From Methanobacteriota archaeon (GTDB lineage: Archaea; Thermoplasmatota; Poseidoniia; Poseidoniales; Thalassarchaeaceae): DNA of 64,000 nt. Each line of letters opens with the position of its first letter. The stretch's first letter is position 1. Shown piece after piece: positions 44,877 through 55,695 of this stretch. Under the pieces are notes generated by a model. It was given only the letters and a program-made list of their open reading frames with translations, had not been told where the DNA came from and made no database searches. The position numbers and the translations under genes are program-made. The stretch is taken from contig JAERSV010000085.1 of assembly GCA_016845345.1 (NCBI GenBank), positions 17,832 to 81,831 of the forward strand, written 5' to 3'.

Positions 44877-46940
44877 TTACCACCTCGTAACATTTGGTTC
44901 CCAAGCTCTTTGTTCATACCCATCATAACCAGCCATGTTTGCTACTTTTGCGAGTGTTTCTTGGTCGTGAATAGTGATTGCGGGCCAACTTCTGATAGGA
45001 AGAATTGGGTCTAGTGCTGATATTTCTTGCCCAGCACTTGCAAGTGCTTTACGTCCTGGATGAGGGATGGGGGTAGTAGCATCCCAGCAAACTCTACTAC
45101 GATTTGAATCAAAATGTAAATCTCTACCAACATCAAATCTAACGGTTAATTGCCAGAGCAATTTTTGATTTGCTCCTGCTGAATGTAATTTCACGTCATC
45201 ATCAGTAATAAAAAGCCATCTTAAATGCTCAGATTCTTCTAATTGCCAAATTGAATTCATCAATTGGAAAATTCGTTGTCTTTGAGCCCGACTCGCTTCA
45301 ACTTGTGCCGCCCATGATGATGGATCAATAATTGCTTGCATCCCATTAATTGGACTGGGCGTATCATCAATTTTTGTTGTAATCACCATTATTGATGGCC
45401 TCAGGAGAATTGCCTCACTAACCTCTTTCATTGCTCTGACTTTAGCACAGAAGTCAACTGAAACTCCGGGGGCATCAACCTGCCCACGGCGCCAATCTGG
45501 AGATTCATCAAAGCCTGTTCCTCTCGGTAACCCTACTCCTCCTTTTCTCGGATCTGCACTCGGTAATGTTGTAGCATCAATCAACAATTTATCGTGAACA
45601 TTTTCCCACGGTGAAGATGTATCAAGGGTATCAGCAACCATTCCAGGAATTGTAATTAAATCAGCTTGCGGATCGACTTTTTCATGTAAAGCATCGAGGA
45701 GAGCGTTGAGTTCCTTCACCGGATGTCCGGGGTCAACAGCCACGGAAATTTTTGTGAACATTAATTGCCCAGCACCCAATAAACCAAGGCAAGTTTTCCT
45801 TGCTTGACGAGGGTACCTTTGTTTTGAGGCAATAATTGCTAAATTATGGAAACCAGTCTGCAGTGGCACGAACATATCAACCACGTCTCGGTGTTGGAAA
45901 TTCAATATCGGCAGAAATGCGTCAGTAATAGCTTCGCCTAGATATCCATCTTCCATTGGTGGAAGTCCAACAATTGTCATCGGTGCGATAGCATCGGCAC
46001 GATGAGTAATCGCGGTCACATGCATTACGGGGTAATCCCCTTCTAAACTATACAATCCGAAGTGGTCACCGAATGGCCCTTCAGGTTTGGTTTCGCCGGG
46101 TATGCAATATCCTTCAATGACTACATCTGCTTCTGCTGGAACCCACAAATCTTGAGAAGTTGCCTTTACCAGTTTGAGTCTCTTGTTTGCTAAGAATGAA
46201 GCAAACATAAACTCAGAAAGATTGTCAGGTAAAGGCGAAATTGCACTGAAAATTAATTCAGGAGGACCACCAAGGCAAATTGCTACAGGGATTTTGTTAA
46301 CGGAACCAAGACTAGCATCAGCATGGTCTGCACCATGTTTGTGCATTTGCCAATGAAGTCCGCATTCTGTTGGACCATATATTTGTGAGCGGTACATTCC
46401 AAGGTTTTGCTCACCACTGACAGGATCTTTTGTCACAACTAATGGTAGGGTGATAAATGGCCCACCGTCTTGAGGCCAAGTTTTTGGTATTGGCAGAGTT
46501 GTGAGGTCAGGATTTTCCATCACTATTTGCTGACAAGCCCCTTTTTTCACTCGTTTTGGCGCCATGCGCAGACCTTGTTTGGCCAAGCCGATACCTTTCC
46601 ACGGTTTCTTAGAAATGGTTGCAATATCTGGTTTCATCAACCCCACAAGTTGGTTTCCAACTGATGCCAAATCATCCACACCAAGTGCAGTCTTCACCCG
46701 TTGCCGAGTTCCAAAAAGATTCATCGCTAGTGGAATTGTGGATATACTACCATCTAGTAATCTTGGTTGCTCAAAAATCACAGCCTTTCCTTCACTTTTT
46801 ACAAGCCGGTCAGCAATACAACCAGCTTCCAATTCAACATCAACTGGTCTTGAAATGCGAAGGACATCTCCTTGTTCCTCAAGGGCGGCAATAAATTGCT
46901 GCAGATTACTCCATCCCACACCCCTCGGAGGGGCTCCCAC
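44877..46940 (-). CDS. UbiD-family (prenyl-FMN dependent) decarboxylase with a roughly 190-aa C-terminal extension
   Basis: The N-terminus LQQFIAALEEQGDVLRISRPVDVELEAGCIADRL, together with GMYRSQI, HWQMHKHGA, FGDHFGLY and the PPMEDGYLGEA blocks, is typical of UbiD. The protein is 687 aa against about 490 aa for the usual family members. The start is GTG. Confidence 0.85.
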   Translation of the reverse strand: MGAPPRGVGWSNLQQFIAALEEQGDVLRISRPVDVELEAGCIADRLVKSEGKAVIFEQPRLLDGSISTIPLAMNLFGTRQRVKTALGVDDLASVGNQLVGLMKPDIATISKKPWKGIGLAKQGLRMAPKRVKKGACQQIVMENPDLTTLPIPKTWPQDGGPFITLPLVVTKDPVSGEQNLGMYRSQIYGPTECGLHWQMHKHGADHADASLGSVNKIPVAICLGGPPELIFSAISPLPDNLSEFMFASFLANKRLKLVKATSQDLWVPAEADVVIEGYCIPGETKPEGPFGDHFGLYSLEGDYPVMHVTAITHRADAIAPMTIVGLPPMEDGYLGEAITDAFLPILNFQHRDVVDMFVPLQTGFHNLAIIASKQRYPRQARKTCLGLLGAGQLMFTKISVAVDPGHPVKELNALLDALHEKVDPQADLITIPGMVADTLDTSSPWENVHDKLLIDATTLPSADPRKGGVGLPRGTGFDESPDWRRGQVDAPGVSVDFCAKVRAMKEVSEAILLRPSIMVITTKIDDTPSPINGMQAIIDPSSWAAQVEASRAQRQRIFQLMNSIWQLEESEHLRWLFITDDDVKLHSAGANQKLLWQLTVRFDVGRDLHFDSNRSRVCWDATTPIPHPGRKALASAGQEISALDPILPIRSWPAITIHDQETLAKVANMAGYDGYEQRAWEPNVTRW

Positions 46941-47039
46941 CTAAGAAACATCAAGGATAGATATTCAATCAAATTAACACACATCGTTGGTATTTTAACA
47001 ACCGTGTTATTCATGAAGTGACTCCCCTCTTCCCAACCC

Positions 47040-48275
47040 ATGGAGGGAGCCGCAACAGCGTGTGATGTCTTGGTTATTGGGGCCGGACCCGGTGGCGGCG
47101 CTGCCGCTTTACATAGTGCAAGAGAAGGCCTCAAAGTTATCATAATCGAAGACCATGATGAGATTGGGACTCCTGTACATTGTGGAGAATGTATTTCTGA
47201 TTTAGCAGTCAATAATCTTGAATTAGAACTACCACCCTCGGTAATTTCACGTCATGTTGATGGCATTAGGGTTCTATTCCCTGATGGAACAGCAAAAAAA
47301 TTGAGTGAACCGGGATATGTTCTTGAAAAGCATCTGTTTGAACAGTGGTTAGCTGGAGAAGCAGTAGAGGCCGGTGCACAATTACACCTCTCACACAAAT
47401 TGACTGGCTTAGAGAGTCAAGAGATTGATGGTGTTTTCAGTGGTTGGTTATGTGAGGGGAAAGGTGAACAATTCCCGATTGCAGCCAAGATTGTAATTGA
47501 TGCCTCCGGGGTTGCTGGAGTATGCTCAAAACTATTGGGATTGAATCCCCGACCTAAAGTGGTTGCTGGAATGCAATATGAAGTTCTAGAAGTTCCAACA
47601 GATGGCTATTTAGATTTCTATATTTGGCCAAAATATGCAGAAAAAGGCTATCTTTGGATGATTCCAAAATCAGATGGAAGAGCTAACATTGGGTTAGTTA
47701 CTGAGAATAAAAAGGGTGCTGTAAAGGCACTTGACCAATTCATTGAAGATGGTGAATTCAAAGGATTAGAAATGATTAATCCACCTTGGCGAAAAGAAGG
47801 AATGAAACTACGCGGTTTTGGAGGGACAATTCCAATTTCCGGGCCGCATGAAGTCACACATACTGATGGAATCATGTTGATTGGTGATGCCGCTGGATTC
47901 ACTTCACCTCTGTTTGAAGGCGGCTCTCACTTAGCGTTGAAATCCGCATCATTTGCTGCGCAGACAGCCGCTGAAGCGATTGCTGCTGGAGATATATCCG
48001 CGGCGAAGTTAGCAATTTATTCAACTAAATGGAAATCAGAATTCCCACCATATGAAAAAATATTGAGAGGGAAAACAGCCCTGTATTCACTCAGCGATTC
48101 CGATATGTCGGTGATGGGCAAATGTTTCCCTGAAGAAATGTCTTCTATGGGAATTTCAGGGAAGGCGATGGTTGGCGTACGCTTACTTGTTAGAAGACCA
48201 AGTCTATACTTCAAAAAAATAGTTCCAGCCATGTTGGCATTTGGATATAGCCGCGCTAAATACTATGGCTGGTAA
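47040..48275 (+). CDS. Geranylgeranyl reductase family FAD-dependent oxidoreductase
   Basis: The FAD fingerprint is DVLVIGAGPGGGAAALHSAREGLKVIIIE. Also present are CGECIS, DASG and LIGDAAGFTSPLFEGG. Confidence 0.88.
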   Translation: MEGAATACDVLVIGAGPGGGAAALHSAREGLKVIIIEDHDEIGTPVHCGECISDLAVNNLELELPPSVISRHVDGIRVLFPDGTAKKLSEPGYVLEKHLFEQWLAGEAVEAGAQLHLSHKLTGLESQEIDGVFSGWLCEGKGEQFPIAAKIVIDASGVAGVCSKLLGLNPRPKVVAGMQYEVLEVPTDGYLDFYIWPKYAEKGYLWMIPKSDGRANIGLVTENKKGAVKALDQFIEDGEFKGLEMINPPWRKEGMKLRGFGGTIPISGPHEVTHTDGIMLIGDAAGFTSPLFEGGSHLALKSASFAAQTAAEAIAAGDISAAKLAIYSTKWKSEFPPYEKILRGKTALYSLSDSDMSVMGKCFPEEMSSMGISGKAMVGVRLLVRRPSLYFKKIVPAMLAFGYSRAKYYGW

Positions 48276-48339
48276 TCATTTCAACCAACCAGTCCTTTTG
48301 ACCGAAATTGCAATCAATTGACGGCCACTCGCTTAATTC

Positions 48340-50886
48340 GTGCAGTGGCTTCTTTGGTTAGCAATCGCCGTCTCAATAGCTGGTATCTTCATTCCGTGGC
48401 AGAATCTCTCTGTGGAGCAATCTTTGTGGTTCCCTCGGCTCATCACAATGGTCCAAATTCTACCATTTATTGCTCTTAGTTGGCTGTTTATTGATGATTC
48501 AACAAATTATGATTTAGTTCGCCTTTACGGTGGAAGCGAGATGCCACTCGCCTATCGCATCAGTGCAGTTTGGGCAAGTAGAGAAGGGCCAACTCTTCTT
48601 TGGGCTGGCTTGTTGGGAATCTGTGGGCTTGCCTTCCAAGGTACGGGGAGGGCCGAGAGTTCAGTTCTGTTTCGTAAATTAGTCAACGGCGCAGTTCTAA
48701 CACTCTTCTCCATTGCTTTGATGATGCGGCCTTTCAGGCTAGCTCAAAGTAGTTGGAGGGGTGAATTAAATCCCCTTTTGCAAACTGATTTGATGGTCTT
48801 CCATCCACCTTTAGTTTTCCTGTTTTACTCACTTTGTATTGTTGTGATGCTGAAGACGCTAGCCACAGTTCTTAGCAAGGAAGAAGTTGATGAATCCCGG
48901 CTTCGTGAGATGGTGCTATCTCCGGCAAGAGTAGCGTTAGCAGTAGGCACGATTGGTGTGGGCCTCGGAGGCCTTTGGGCCTACACAGTGCTTGATTGGG
49001 GGGGGTATTGGGCGTGGGACCCAGTTGAAACAGCCTCACTTTTGCCCTGGCTTGGCTTGCTTCTTTTACTTCATTTGCGTGTGACACCCGGTGGAAAAAA
49101 TAGTGGTTTTGTCCTTCCATTAGCAATCCTTCCCGGATGGTTCTCTATCCACGCTACTATGGTCACTAGAGCCAATGGTGTTTGGGCTTCAGTACATGCT
49201 TTTGTCTCAGAGGATGTTGGGTCTCAGAGTGATTCTGCAATCACGCGAATTATTGATTTACAAAACACAGGAGTTAGTGGGACAGAGGTCATTACTTACC
49301 TCATTTCACTGGTAGCAATTTTGGCAATTACTGTGGCTGTTATGGTTAGTCGGCAGGCTAGAATTGGTGGTTCTGAAAATCTGCAATTTGCTTCCAAATT
49401 TTCATTATGGATGATATTGCTAATACCTTTATCTTGGCTGATTACTGTTGATATGTTTGGGGCAGAATTGAGTTTAATTGAACGACTTCCTACATTCATT
49501 TTGCTCATCGCAGCAGCATCTCCACTAGTGGCAATTATGCTACCACCAGAACCAGCTGGTGCGAAATTGTTTGCTGAGCGAGAGAAAGCGGTCTCAATGG
49601 TTGCTGTAATTTTGTTATCGTTAATCATAGATGAACCATTGATTGCAACCCTTCTCATTTTGTTGATGCTCTTGAAAGCAAGTGCAGAAAAAGAATCAGA
49701 AATGATTTGGACAGTTGGTGGGATCGTCGTTATCTTAACTTCAGTTTATGCTTATCTCATCGATGTGTATGCTGCTGGTGCAGGATTGTTAATTTTCATT
49801 TGGCCGTTACTGATTATAGATGATGAAGATGGAGAAGAACAGACTTTGAAGGAACGCATATCTGAACTTTTAATTCGAAAAAACCAAATTCGGCTATCTC
49901 TATTTGCACCTATTGTAATTGGAGGGACATTTTTGACACTAACTTGGATGTTAATGGTTGCAAGTGTTGATGGTACATCTCTAGCAATGCATGAGATGTT
50001 CGGTGCCCCACTTATTCTGTTAATGGCTGCTGCGTTAGCAACATATTCGTGGAAGGATACGGTTCCTGAAAAAATGGTTCCTTTTCTTCTCTTAGGTTTT
50101 ATCACAATAGGAATTGTTGTTGGTGTTTTCCTTGACATCCCTATCATAGGAGACAGCAATTCTCAGTTTAGTGACACAATAAACCGCGGAGAAGTTGCAT
50201 GGCTACTATTGCCTATCTTAATCGTAGCAATTCCTTCAGTAATACGTCTAGCGATTGATCTCTATCAACGAACTGCAAAGGGATATTCACCTGCAAAAAT
50301 GCGTAGTGCGCTTGCGCATACAGCACACGTCGGAATTCTATTGTTGCTGGTTGGCCACGTATTCACAACTACACTAATTGACAGAACTAATCCTTCCCAT
50401 CAAGTTGTCTTAGTACAAGGGCAACAGGTTTCTCATGAAGGATATCTGCTAACTTTTGATGATTGGATTGTACTTTCACCTGATGATGCAGAATTTGAAG
50501 AGCGCTTCTCGGTGGGGGACGGTTTCCTCGGCGCTAAGATTGACATCTACGATGAGCATAGTAATTTCTTGGGCACTGTTAATCCAGGTATGTTGAGGTT
50601 TGATAGTTCTAACAGTTTCCCTCGAAGTGAGGTGGATAGGTACACCTCGATTTCTGGTGATACTGTGTTTATCTTTGATTGGTCACAAACACAAGCATTA
50701 GGTAATGCTTCAGGAATTATGGATTCTGATAGTGACGATGTTGGGCTTGATAGGGTACGCCTCACAGTTTACCATCTCTCTGGCAGTCATCTTGTATGGG
50801 CTGGTTGGCTAATCATCGTTCTCTCAACTATAGGAATCGCTATCACCTCAATTCAGCGTCCCAGTAAGCCGATTCCGCCCATCTGA
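48340..50886 (+). CDS. ccmF: Cytochrome c-type biogenesis protein CcmF-like (heme lyase/heme handling, W-rich motif)
   Basis: The WWD-type motif is WGGYWAWDPVETASLLPWL. There are more than 12 TM helices and a C-terminal periplasmic-type domain followed by a final TM. The start is GTG. Confidence 0.8.
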   Translation: MQWLLWLAIAVSIAGIFIPWQNLSVEQSLWFPRLITMVQILPFIALSWLFIDDSTNYDLVRLYGGSEMPLAYRISAVWASREGPTLLWAGLLGICGLAFQGTGRAESSVLFRKLVNGAVLTLFSIALMMRPFRLAQSSWRGELNPLLQTDLMVFHPPLVFLFYSLCIVVMLKTLATVLSKEEVDESRLREMVLSPARVALAVGTIGVGLGGLWAYTVLDWGGYWAWDPVETASLLPWLGLLLLLHLRVTPGGKNSGFVLPLAILPGWFSIHATMVTRANGVWASVHAFVSEDVGSQSDSAITRIIDLQNTGVSGTEVITYLISLVAILAITVAVMVSRQARIGGSENLQFASKFSLWMILLIPLSWLITVDMFGAELSLIERLPTFILLIAAASPLVAIMLPPEPAGAKLFAEREKAVSMVAVILLSLIIDEPLIATLLILLMLLKASAEKESEMIWTVGGIVVILTSVYAYLIDVYAAGAGLLIFIWPLLIIDDEDGEEQTLKERISELLIRKNQIRLSLFAPIVIGGTFLTLTWMLMVASVDGTSLAMHEMFGAPLILLMAAALATYSWKDTVPEKMVPFLLLGFITIGIVVGVFLDIPIIGDSNSQFSDTINRGEVAWLLLPILIVAIPSVIRLAIDLYQRTAKGYSPAKMRSALAHTAHVGILLLLVGHVFTTTLIDRTNPSHQVVLVQGQQVSHEGYLLTFDDWIVLSPDDAEFEERFSVGDGFLGAKIDIYDEHSNFLGTVNPGMLRFDSSNSFPRSEVDRYTSISGDTVFIFDWSQTQALGNASGIMDSDSDDVGLDRVRLTVYHLSGSHLVWAGWLIIVLSTIGIAITSIQRPSKPIPPI

Positions 50887-50965
50887 TATTGTATAATTTC
50901 ACCGTTTCACTCATAAAGGGGGAGTCGGTCGGCGGCTCGCCCCATTAGGGGTTGAAGTGGTTTTC

Positions 50966-51715
50966 ATGGAAGAAGGTTCGATTGTGTACATAGATTACGA
51001 CCTGTATGAGGTTGATTCAGGAAAACTAATCGAGACTACTCGTGAGGAGACTGCAAAGTCAAATGATGTTCATGAAGAGTCACGAAATTATGAGCCTCTT
51101 TGCATCACTATCGGTGCTGGAGCATTGATTCCAGGATTTGAAGAAAGCCTTGAAGAAGCTGAGGTTGAAACTGATTACGATATTGAGATTCCAGCCGACA
51201 AAGCCTATGGTGAGCGCGACCCAGGTGCGGTTGAAATGTTAGGCCCACAGCAATTGGCTCGCCAAGTTAGAGACCCTGACAATTTACAAGTTGGTGGCCC
51301 AGTTGAAATCGGTGGTCGAAAAGGTACCTTAGTCATGTTCCGTGCAGGTCGTGCACGGATTGATTTCAATCACGAATTAGCAGGTAAATCACTGCGTTAT
51401 AATTACCGAATTACAAAGGTTGTTGAAGAGAAGGATGAGATGGTGATGACTCTTCTAAAGATGTCAACAGGGTCTGATGACTTTGAAGTAGAATTTGACG
51501 GAGATGATGTATCTATCACAATTCCTGAGTTCCTTGGATATGATCAATCATGGGGAATGGCAAAATTCCAACTCATCCGTTCACTACGTGACACTGTTGG
51601 TGCTAAGACAATCGTCTTTAGAGATGTACACCAATTCAGAGAGGCGGCAGAAGAAGAGGAAGAAGAGCACGTCCACGATGAAAACTGTGACCACGATCAT
51701 GACGAAGAAGAGTGA
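50966..51715 (+). CDS. FKBP-type peptidyl-prolyl cis-trans isomerase (SlyD-like) with a His/Asp/Glu-rich tail
   Basis: Matching blocks are GSIVYIDYDLYEVDSGKLIETT and ITIGAGALIPGFEESLEEAEV...DIEIPADKAYGERDP. The C-terminus is EEEEEEHVHDENCDHDHDEEE. ATG is at 50966; the track start is GTG at 50957. Confidence 0.85.
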   Translation: MEEGSIVYIDYDLYEVDSGKLIETTREETAKSNDVHEESRNYEPLCITIGAGALIPGFEESLEEAEVETDYDIEIPADKAYGERDPGAVEMLGPQQLARQVRDPDNLQVGGPVEIGGRKGTLVMFRAGRARIDFNHELAGKSLRYNYRITKVVEEKDEMVMTLLKMSTGSDDFEVEFDGDDVSITIPEFLGYDQSWGMAKFQLIRSLRDTVGAKTIVFRDVHQFREAAEEEEEEHVHDENCDHDHDEEE

Positions 51716-51747
51716 ACCTCTTTTGGTAGAGCCTGCTCGGCGGACCA

Positions 51748-53148
51748 ATGAGCGTTGATAATGATAGTTCGGAATCTTCTAGAGATTCTGATTTTACCGA
51801 TGATGTCAAAAGCAATTCAAAGAAGAAAGCGACGACTCAAAAAGTTAGATTTCCTCGTTCATTAGCAGATTCTAAATTTGCCAATCATGAGTTAGTGGCA
51901 TTCACGATAATCGGTTTGGGGATGGCCTTACCTGGAATCGCCTATCTGCTGGGTGTTTTTGCAGATGTTTGGAGTTTATGGGATATTATTGACTTAAACA
52001 TCGTACAGCCGATTGTTGGCGAAGGTGATGGTGATTCAAGTTACAACATTGTTGATACAGTTGCTTATGGTATTCTTCTAATCGCCTTCATCATCAGTCT
52101 ATCTGCGGTATTACGAAAGTGGGGAATTTCAAGCGAAGATAGAATGCTCTTCTCATTATTACCTTGGGTATTTTGGGCGGTATTAGTTGAGGTACACGAG
52201 GACGCGGGACTTTTCGCAGATAATATTGATTCTTGGTTTGTTTCACCAATTATCCACTTTCAAACTGCTGGCTGGATTTTACTCATCGGAATTTTTGTTC
52301 CGATTCTAAAGGAAATGGAATCCAGTGGTTATAAGAGAAAATTCCTAACTTTCTTACCATTGATGGCAGTGGTAATTTGTCAATTGGTTCTATTTTATGA
52401 CTTTTCAGTCGAGGGAAATATCGCTGTATTAATTCTGATTCCCGGATTCTTTTGGTTCTTTTTTGAAGTTGAAGAATTCAGTTGGTATAACTGGTTAAAT
52501 GATTGGAATCAATTAGAGCGCTCTATACTCTATGCTGGAATTGGTGCTTGCATCTTAAACGCGGTTAGTTTGATGGGATTTGCCCAAAATCAGTTAGTAG
52601 AAGGAGAATTAGTGATTTGGCCAGCATTTGCAATTCTTGGAATTCCATTAATCATTGTAATGCTCTTACGGCGGCATGGATTGGATTCATTTAAGGAATT
52701 AACAAGTGAAGGAAAAATACCCGGGATGCTTGATGAGGGAATGACCATCCAAGAGTGGGAAAGTCTCGAGGGTAAAGAATTTGAAGAAAATGAAAAACTG
52801 GTAAAAAGGGCTGCGTTTGCAACACCAATCGTATTGTTGGCAGTATATGGTCAACTTGTAGATGGACTCGCATCATGGTTAGGTGTTGACTATTTTGGAT
52901 ATTCTGAAAAGCATGTTCTGTCAACTTTGGTAATGCGTTTGGCTGGTGGAGATGAAGGCGGTTCTGGTGGTGGCTGGGGGTTCTTTGTAGTGAAAATGTT
53001 CTTGGCGTTGGTGGTAATATTGTTCTTTGCTGAATGGCGATGGGAAAAACGCCAATCTCATCTTCGATTATTGGTTGTTCTTGGGCTTTTGACCGTAGGC
53101 CTCGCTCCGGGACTTAGGGACCTAGGACGGCTTATGTTGGGTGTTTGA
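51748..53148 (+). CDS. Polytopic membrane protein of unknown function (possibly DUF63-type)
   Basis: 466-aa ORF with about 9-10 hydrophobic segments and a charged N-terminus. The block [19 protein letters not shown] reminds me of the archaeal DUF63 family. That recollection is not verified. Confidence 0.6.
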   Translation: MSVDNDSSESSRDSDFTDDVKSNSKKKATTQKVRFPRSLADSKFANHELVAFTIIGLGMALPGIAYLLGVFADVWSLWDIIDLNIVQPIVGEGDGDSSYNIVDTVAYGILLIAFIISLSAVLRKWGISSEDRMLFSLLPWVFWAVLVEVHEDAGLFADNIDSWFVSPIIHFQTAGWILLIGIFVPILKEMESSGYKRKFLTFLPLMAVVICQLVLFYDFSVEGNIAVLILIPGFFWFFFEVEEFSWYNWLNDWNQLERSILYAGIGACILNAVSLMGFAQNQLVEGELVIWPAFAILGIPLIIVMLLRRHGLDSFKELTSEGKIPGMLDEGMTIQEWESLEGKEFEENEKLVKRAAFATPIVLLAVYGQLVDGLASWLGVDYFGYSEKHVLSTLVMRLAGGDEGGSGGGWGFFVVKMFLALVVILFFAEWRWEKRQSHLRLLVVLGLLTVGLAPGLRDLGRLMLGV

Positions 53149-53195
53149 AGCCGCACCGTTCAAACACCTGTTCGATTTCGACCCTATGGGTCGAC

Positions 53196-54806
53196 ATGGA
53201 TAGACTACCTTCCTCGGTGCGAACTAGCGATGAACAATATGCCACAAATTTAGAACATAATCGGGCTATTGTGGCGGCGATGGAGGGACGCATGAATGCA
53301 GTTATGGAGGGTGGAGGTGGAAAATATGTTGAGCGCCACAGAAGCCGAGGTAAAATGTTACCAAGAGAGCGGATTGAAGCCATTTGTGACCCAGGCACTG
53401 CCTTTCTTGAATTGAGTAAATTAGCCGCAAACGGCCTTTATGATGGTAACGCTCACAGTGCTGGCATCATTACTGGAATCGGAATGGTTCACGGCCGCGA
53501 ATGTATGTTTGTGGCCAATGATGCAACAGTGAAAGGCGGTTCGTACTATCCAATGACGGTAAAGAAACACATCCGTGCCCAAAGTATTGCCGAAGAAAAC
53601 GGTTTACCTTGCATCTATCTAGTAGATTCAGGAGGCGCATATTTGCCATTACAGGATGAAGTATTCCCAGATAGAGAACACTTTGGCAGAATATTTCGCA
53701 ATCAAGCAATAATGAGTGGCAAAGGAATACCTCAGATTTCTGCAGTCCTTGGTTCATGTACGGCCGGCGGTGCCTACGTGCCTGCAATGAGCGATGAATC
53801 AATCATCGTCAAAGACAATGGAACAATCTTCCTTGCTGGACCGCCACTTGTAAAGGCAGCAACAGGCGAGGAGGTAACTGCCGAAGCATTAGGTGGCGCT
53901 GAAGTCCATACGGTAGAATCTGGAGTTGCTGATCATTTTGCTGAAGATGAGCCAGATGGCCTTAGAATAATTCGTAACATCGTTGAGAATCTTCCAGCAC
54001 CTTACAAAGTTGCGTTAGATGTAGCCACTCCTGAGCCGCCACATCATGACCCAGAAGAATTGTTAGGGATAATTCCAGAAGATAATAGGATGCCATATGA
54101 TGTTAGGGAAGTCATTGCAAGAATCACCGACGGTTCACGTTTTCACGAGTTCAAGTCTCGCTATGGTACCACCATTGTTTGTGGGTTTGCGCGCATCCAT
54201 GGTTATCCTGTGGGGATAGTTGCTAACAACGGAATTTTATTCTCAGAATCAGCACTCAAAGCCACCCATTTCATTGAATTATGTGGGCAGAGAGGTACTC
54301 CGATTGTATTTTTGCAGAATATAACTGGATTCATGGTTGGAAGTGAATATGAGGCTGGTGGGATTGCTAAAGATGGAGCAAAAATGGTAACTGCAGTTGC
54401 TTGTGCACCAGTGCCTAAGTTCACAGTAATTATTGGTGGTTCTCATGGAGCCGGGAATTATGCTATGTGTGGCAGAGGATATGATCCTCGATTCCTTTTC
54501 ATGTGGCCTAATTCTAGGATATCGGTGATGGGCGGCCCACAGGCATCAAGTGTGCTGACTACTGTGAAGCAGGACCAGCGTGCGCGTGAGGGTCGGGGAC
54601 CAATGGAAGGTGAAGAGTTGGATGAGTTCCAAAAACCAATTCTTGAGAGATATGAAGCCGAGGGTTCTCCATACTATGCCACTGCCCGCTTGTGGGATGA
54701 TGGAATTATTGACCCAAGGGATACTAGAGATGTATTGGGGCTGAGTATTTCTGCTGCATTGAATGGGCCATTCCCCGATTCAGAATATGGCATTTTCAGA
54801 ATGTGA
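53196..54806 (+). CDS. Methylcrotonyl-CoA carboxylase carboxyltransferase (beta) subunit
   Basis: The match to the MCC-beta pattern is near end-to-end: [104 protein letters not shown] chose ATG 53196; the track start TTG 53145 overlaps the previous gene. Confidence 0.88.
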   Translation: MDRLPSSVRTSDEQYATNLEHNRAIVAAMEGRMNAVMEGGGGKYVERHRSRGKMLPRERIEAICDPGTAFLELSKLAANGLYDGNAHSAGIITGIGMVHGRECMFVANDATVKGGSYYPMTVKKHIRAQSIAEENGLPCIYLVDSGGAYLPLQDEVFPDREHFGRIFRNQAIMSGKGIPQISAVLGSCTAGGAYVPAMSDESIIVKDNGTIFLAGPPLVKAATGEEVTAEALGGAEVHTVESGVADHFAEDEPDGLRIIRNIVENLPAPYKVALDVATPEPPHHDPEELLGIIPEDNRMPYDVREVIARITDGSRFHEFKSRYGTTIVCGFARIHGYPVGIVANNGILFSESALKATHFIELCGQRGTPIVFLQNITGFMVGSEYEAGGIAKDGAKMVTAVACAPVPKFTVIIGGSHGAGNYAMCGRGYDPRFLFMWPNSRISVMGGPQASSVLTTVKQDQRAREGRGPMEGEELDEFQKPILERYEAEGSPYYATARLWDDGIIDPRDTRDVLGLSISAALNGPFPDSEYGIFRM

Positions 54807-54819
54807 AGGAGCAATTGCA

Positions 54820-55689
54820 ATGAATGATTTTTCAATTGGAGAATTAATGCCGGAAAGCGGCTTGTGCACTCTCAATATTGAGGGTTCTGTTGGGTATCTG
54901 ACACTACAACGTGAAGATGTTTTCAACGCCTTAAATCCAGAATTGATTGGAGAATTATGTGATTTACTTGATTGGTGTAAAGAACGCTCAGTGAGCGAAC
55001 GAGGTCAATTGAAGGACAGTCAAGGTGAGTCTTATCTTAGAGTGATTGTCTTAACCGGCAGTGGGAAGCATTTCTGTGCCGGGGCAGATATTGGTTGGAT
55101 GCAGGCCTCAGGTGCTCAAACATCTGAACAAAATCGCAATGATGCCGAACGACTTGACAGATTATTCAACACACTTTGGTCACACCCATGTTTCACTATC
55201 GGTGCAGTACAGGGAGTTGCTTTAGGTGGGGGTGCTGGCCTAATTGCTTGTCTTGATCACGTGATTGGAGAGAGAAAAACAAAAATTGCACTATCTGAAG
55301 GAAAGTTAGGAATTTTACCAGCCGTCATTGGTCCCTATGTATACCGTCGACTAGGCAGTGCTCAAACTAGACGACTGGCAATGTTGGCAAAGCGCATTGG
55401 AGTTGATGAGGCTTTACGAATTGGAATGATTGATGAGAAAGTGGAGTCTCCTGAACAATTTACTGAAACTATCCAAGGAGTAATTTCAGAAGTGTTAACC
55501 ACGGGTCCTTCTGCTGTTGGGGAAGCAAAACGTTTGGTTTTACAATTTGACCGTTGGGATGGTACAGATGAGGAACTTCGTCAATGGACACTAGATAAAA
55601 CCTCAGAGATGCGGGGTTCTTCAGAAGGTCAAGAAGGGCTTTCATCATTCATTGAACGGCGACCTCCAGCGTGGAAAAGTGAGGATTGA
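54820..55689 (+). CDS. Enoyl-CoA hydratase/isomerase family protein (probable methylglutaconyl-CoA hydratase)
   Basis: The crotonase fold motif is VIVLTGSGKHFCAGADIGWM, with GVALGGGAGLIACLD also present. It sits between the MCC beta and alpha genes. ATG 54820 is preceded by GAAGGAG. Confidence 0.85.
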   Translation: MNDFSIGELMPESGLCTLNIEGSVGYLTLQREDVFNALNPELIGELCDLLDWCKERSVSERGQLKDSQGESYLRVIVLTGSGKHFCAGADIGWMQASGAQTSEQNRNDAERLDRLFNTLWSHPCFTIGAVQGVALGGGAGLIACLDHVIGERKTKIALSEGKLGILPAVIGPYVYRRLGSAQTRRLAMLAKRIGVDEALRIGMIDEKVESPEQFTETIQGVISEVLTTGPSAVGEAKRLVLQFDRWDGTDEELRQWTLDKTSEMRGSSEGQEGLSSFIERRPPAWKSED

Positions 55690-55695
55690 GCAACA

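Noticed and set aside
43875-47212. Plus-strand ORFs at 43875-44264, 46174-46356, 46470-46944 and 46619-46894; minus-strand ORFs at 44271-44747 and 46799-47212
   Set aside because: All lie antisense or out of frame within the well-supported SDR, UbiA, UbiD and GGR genes or their short spacers.
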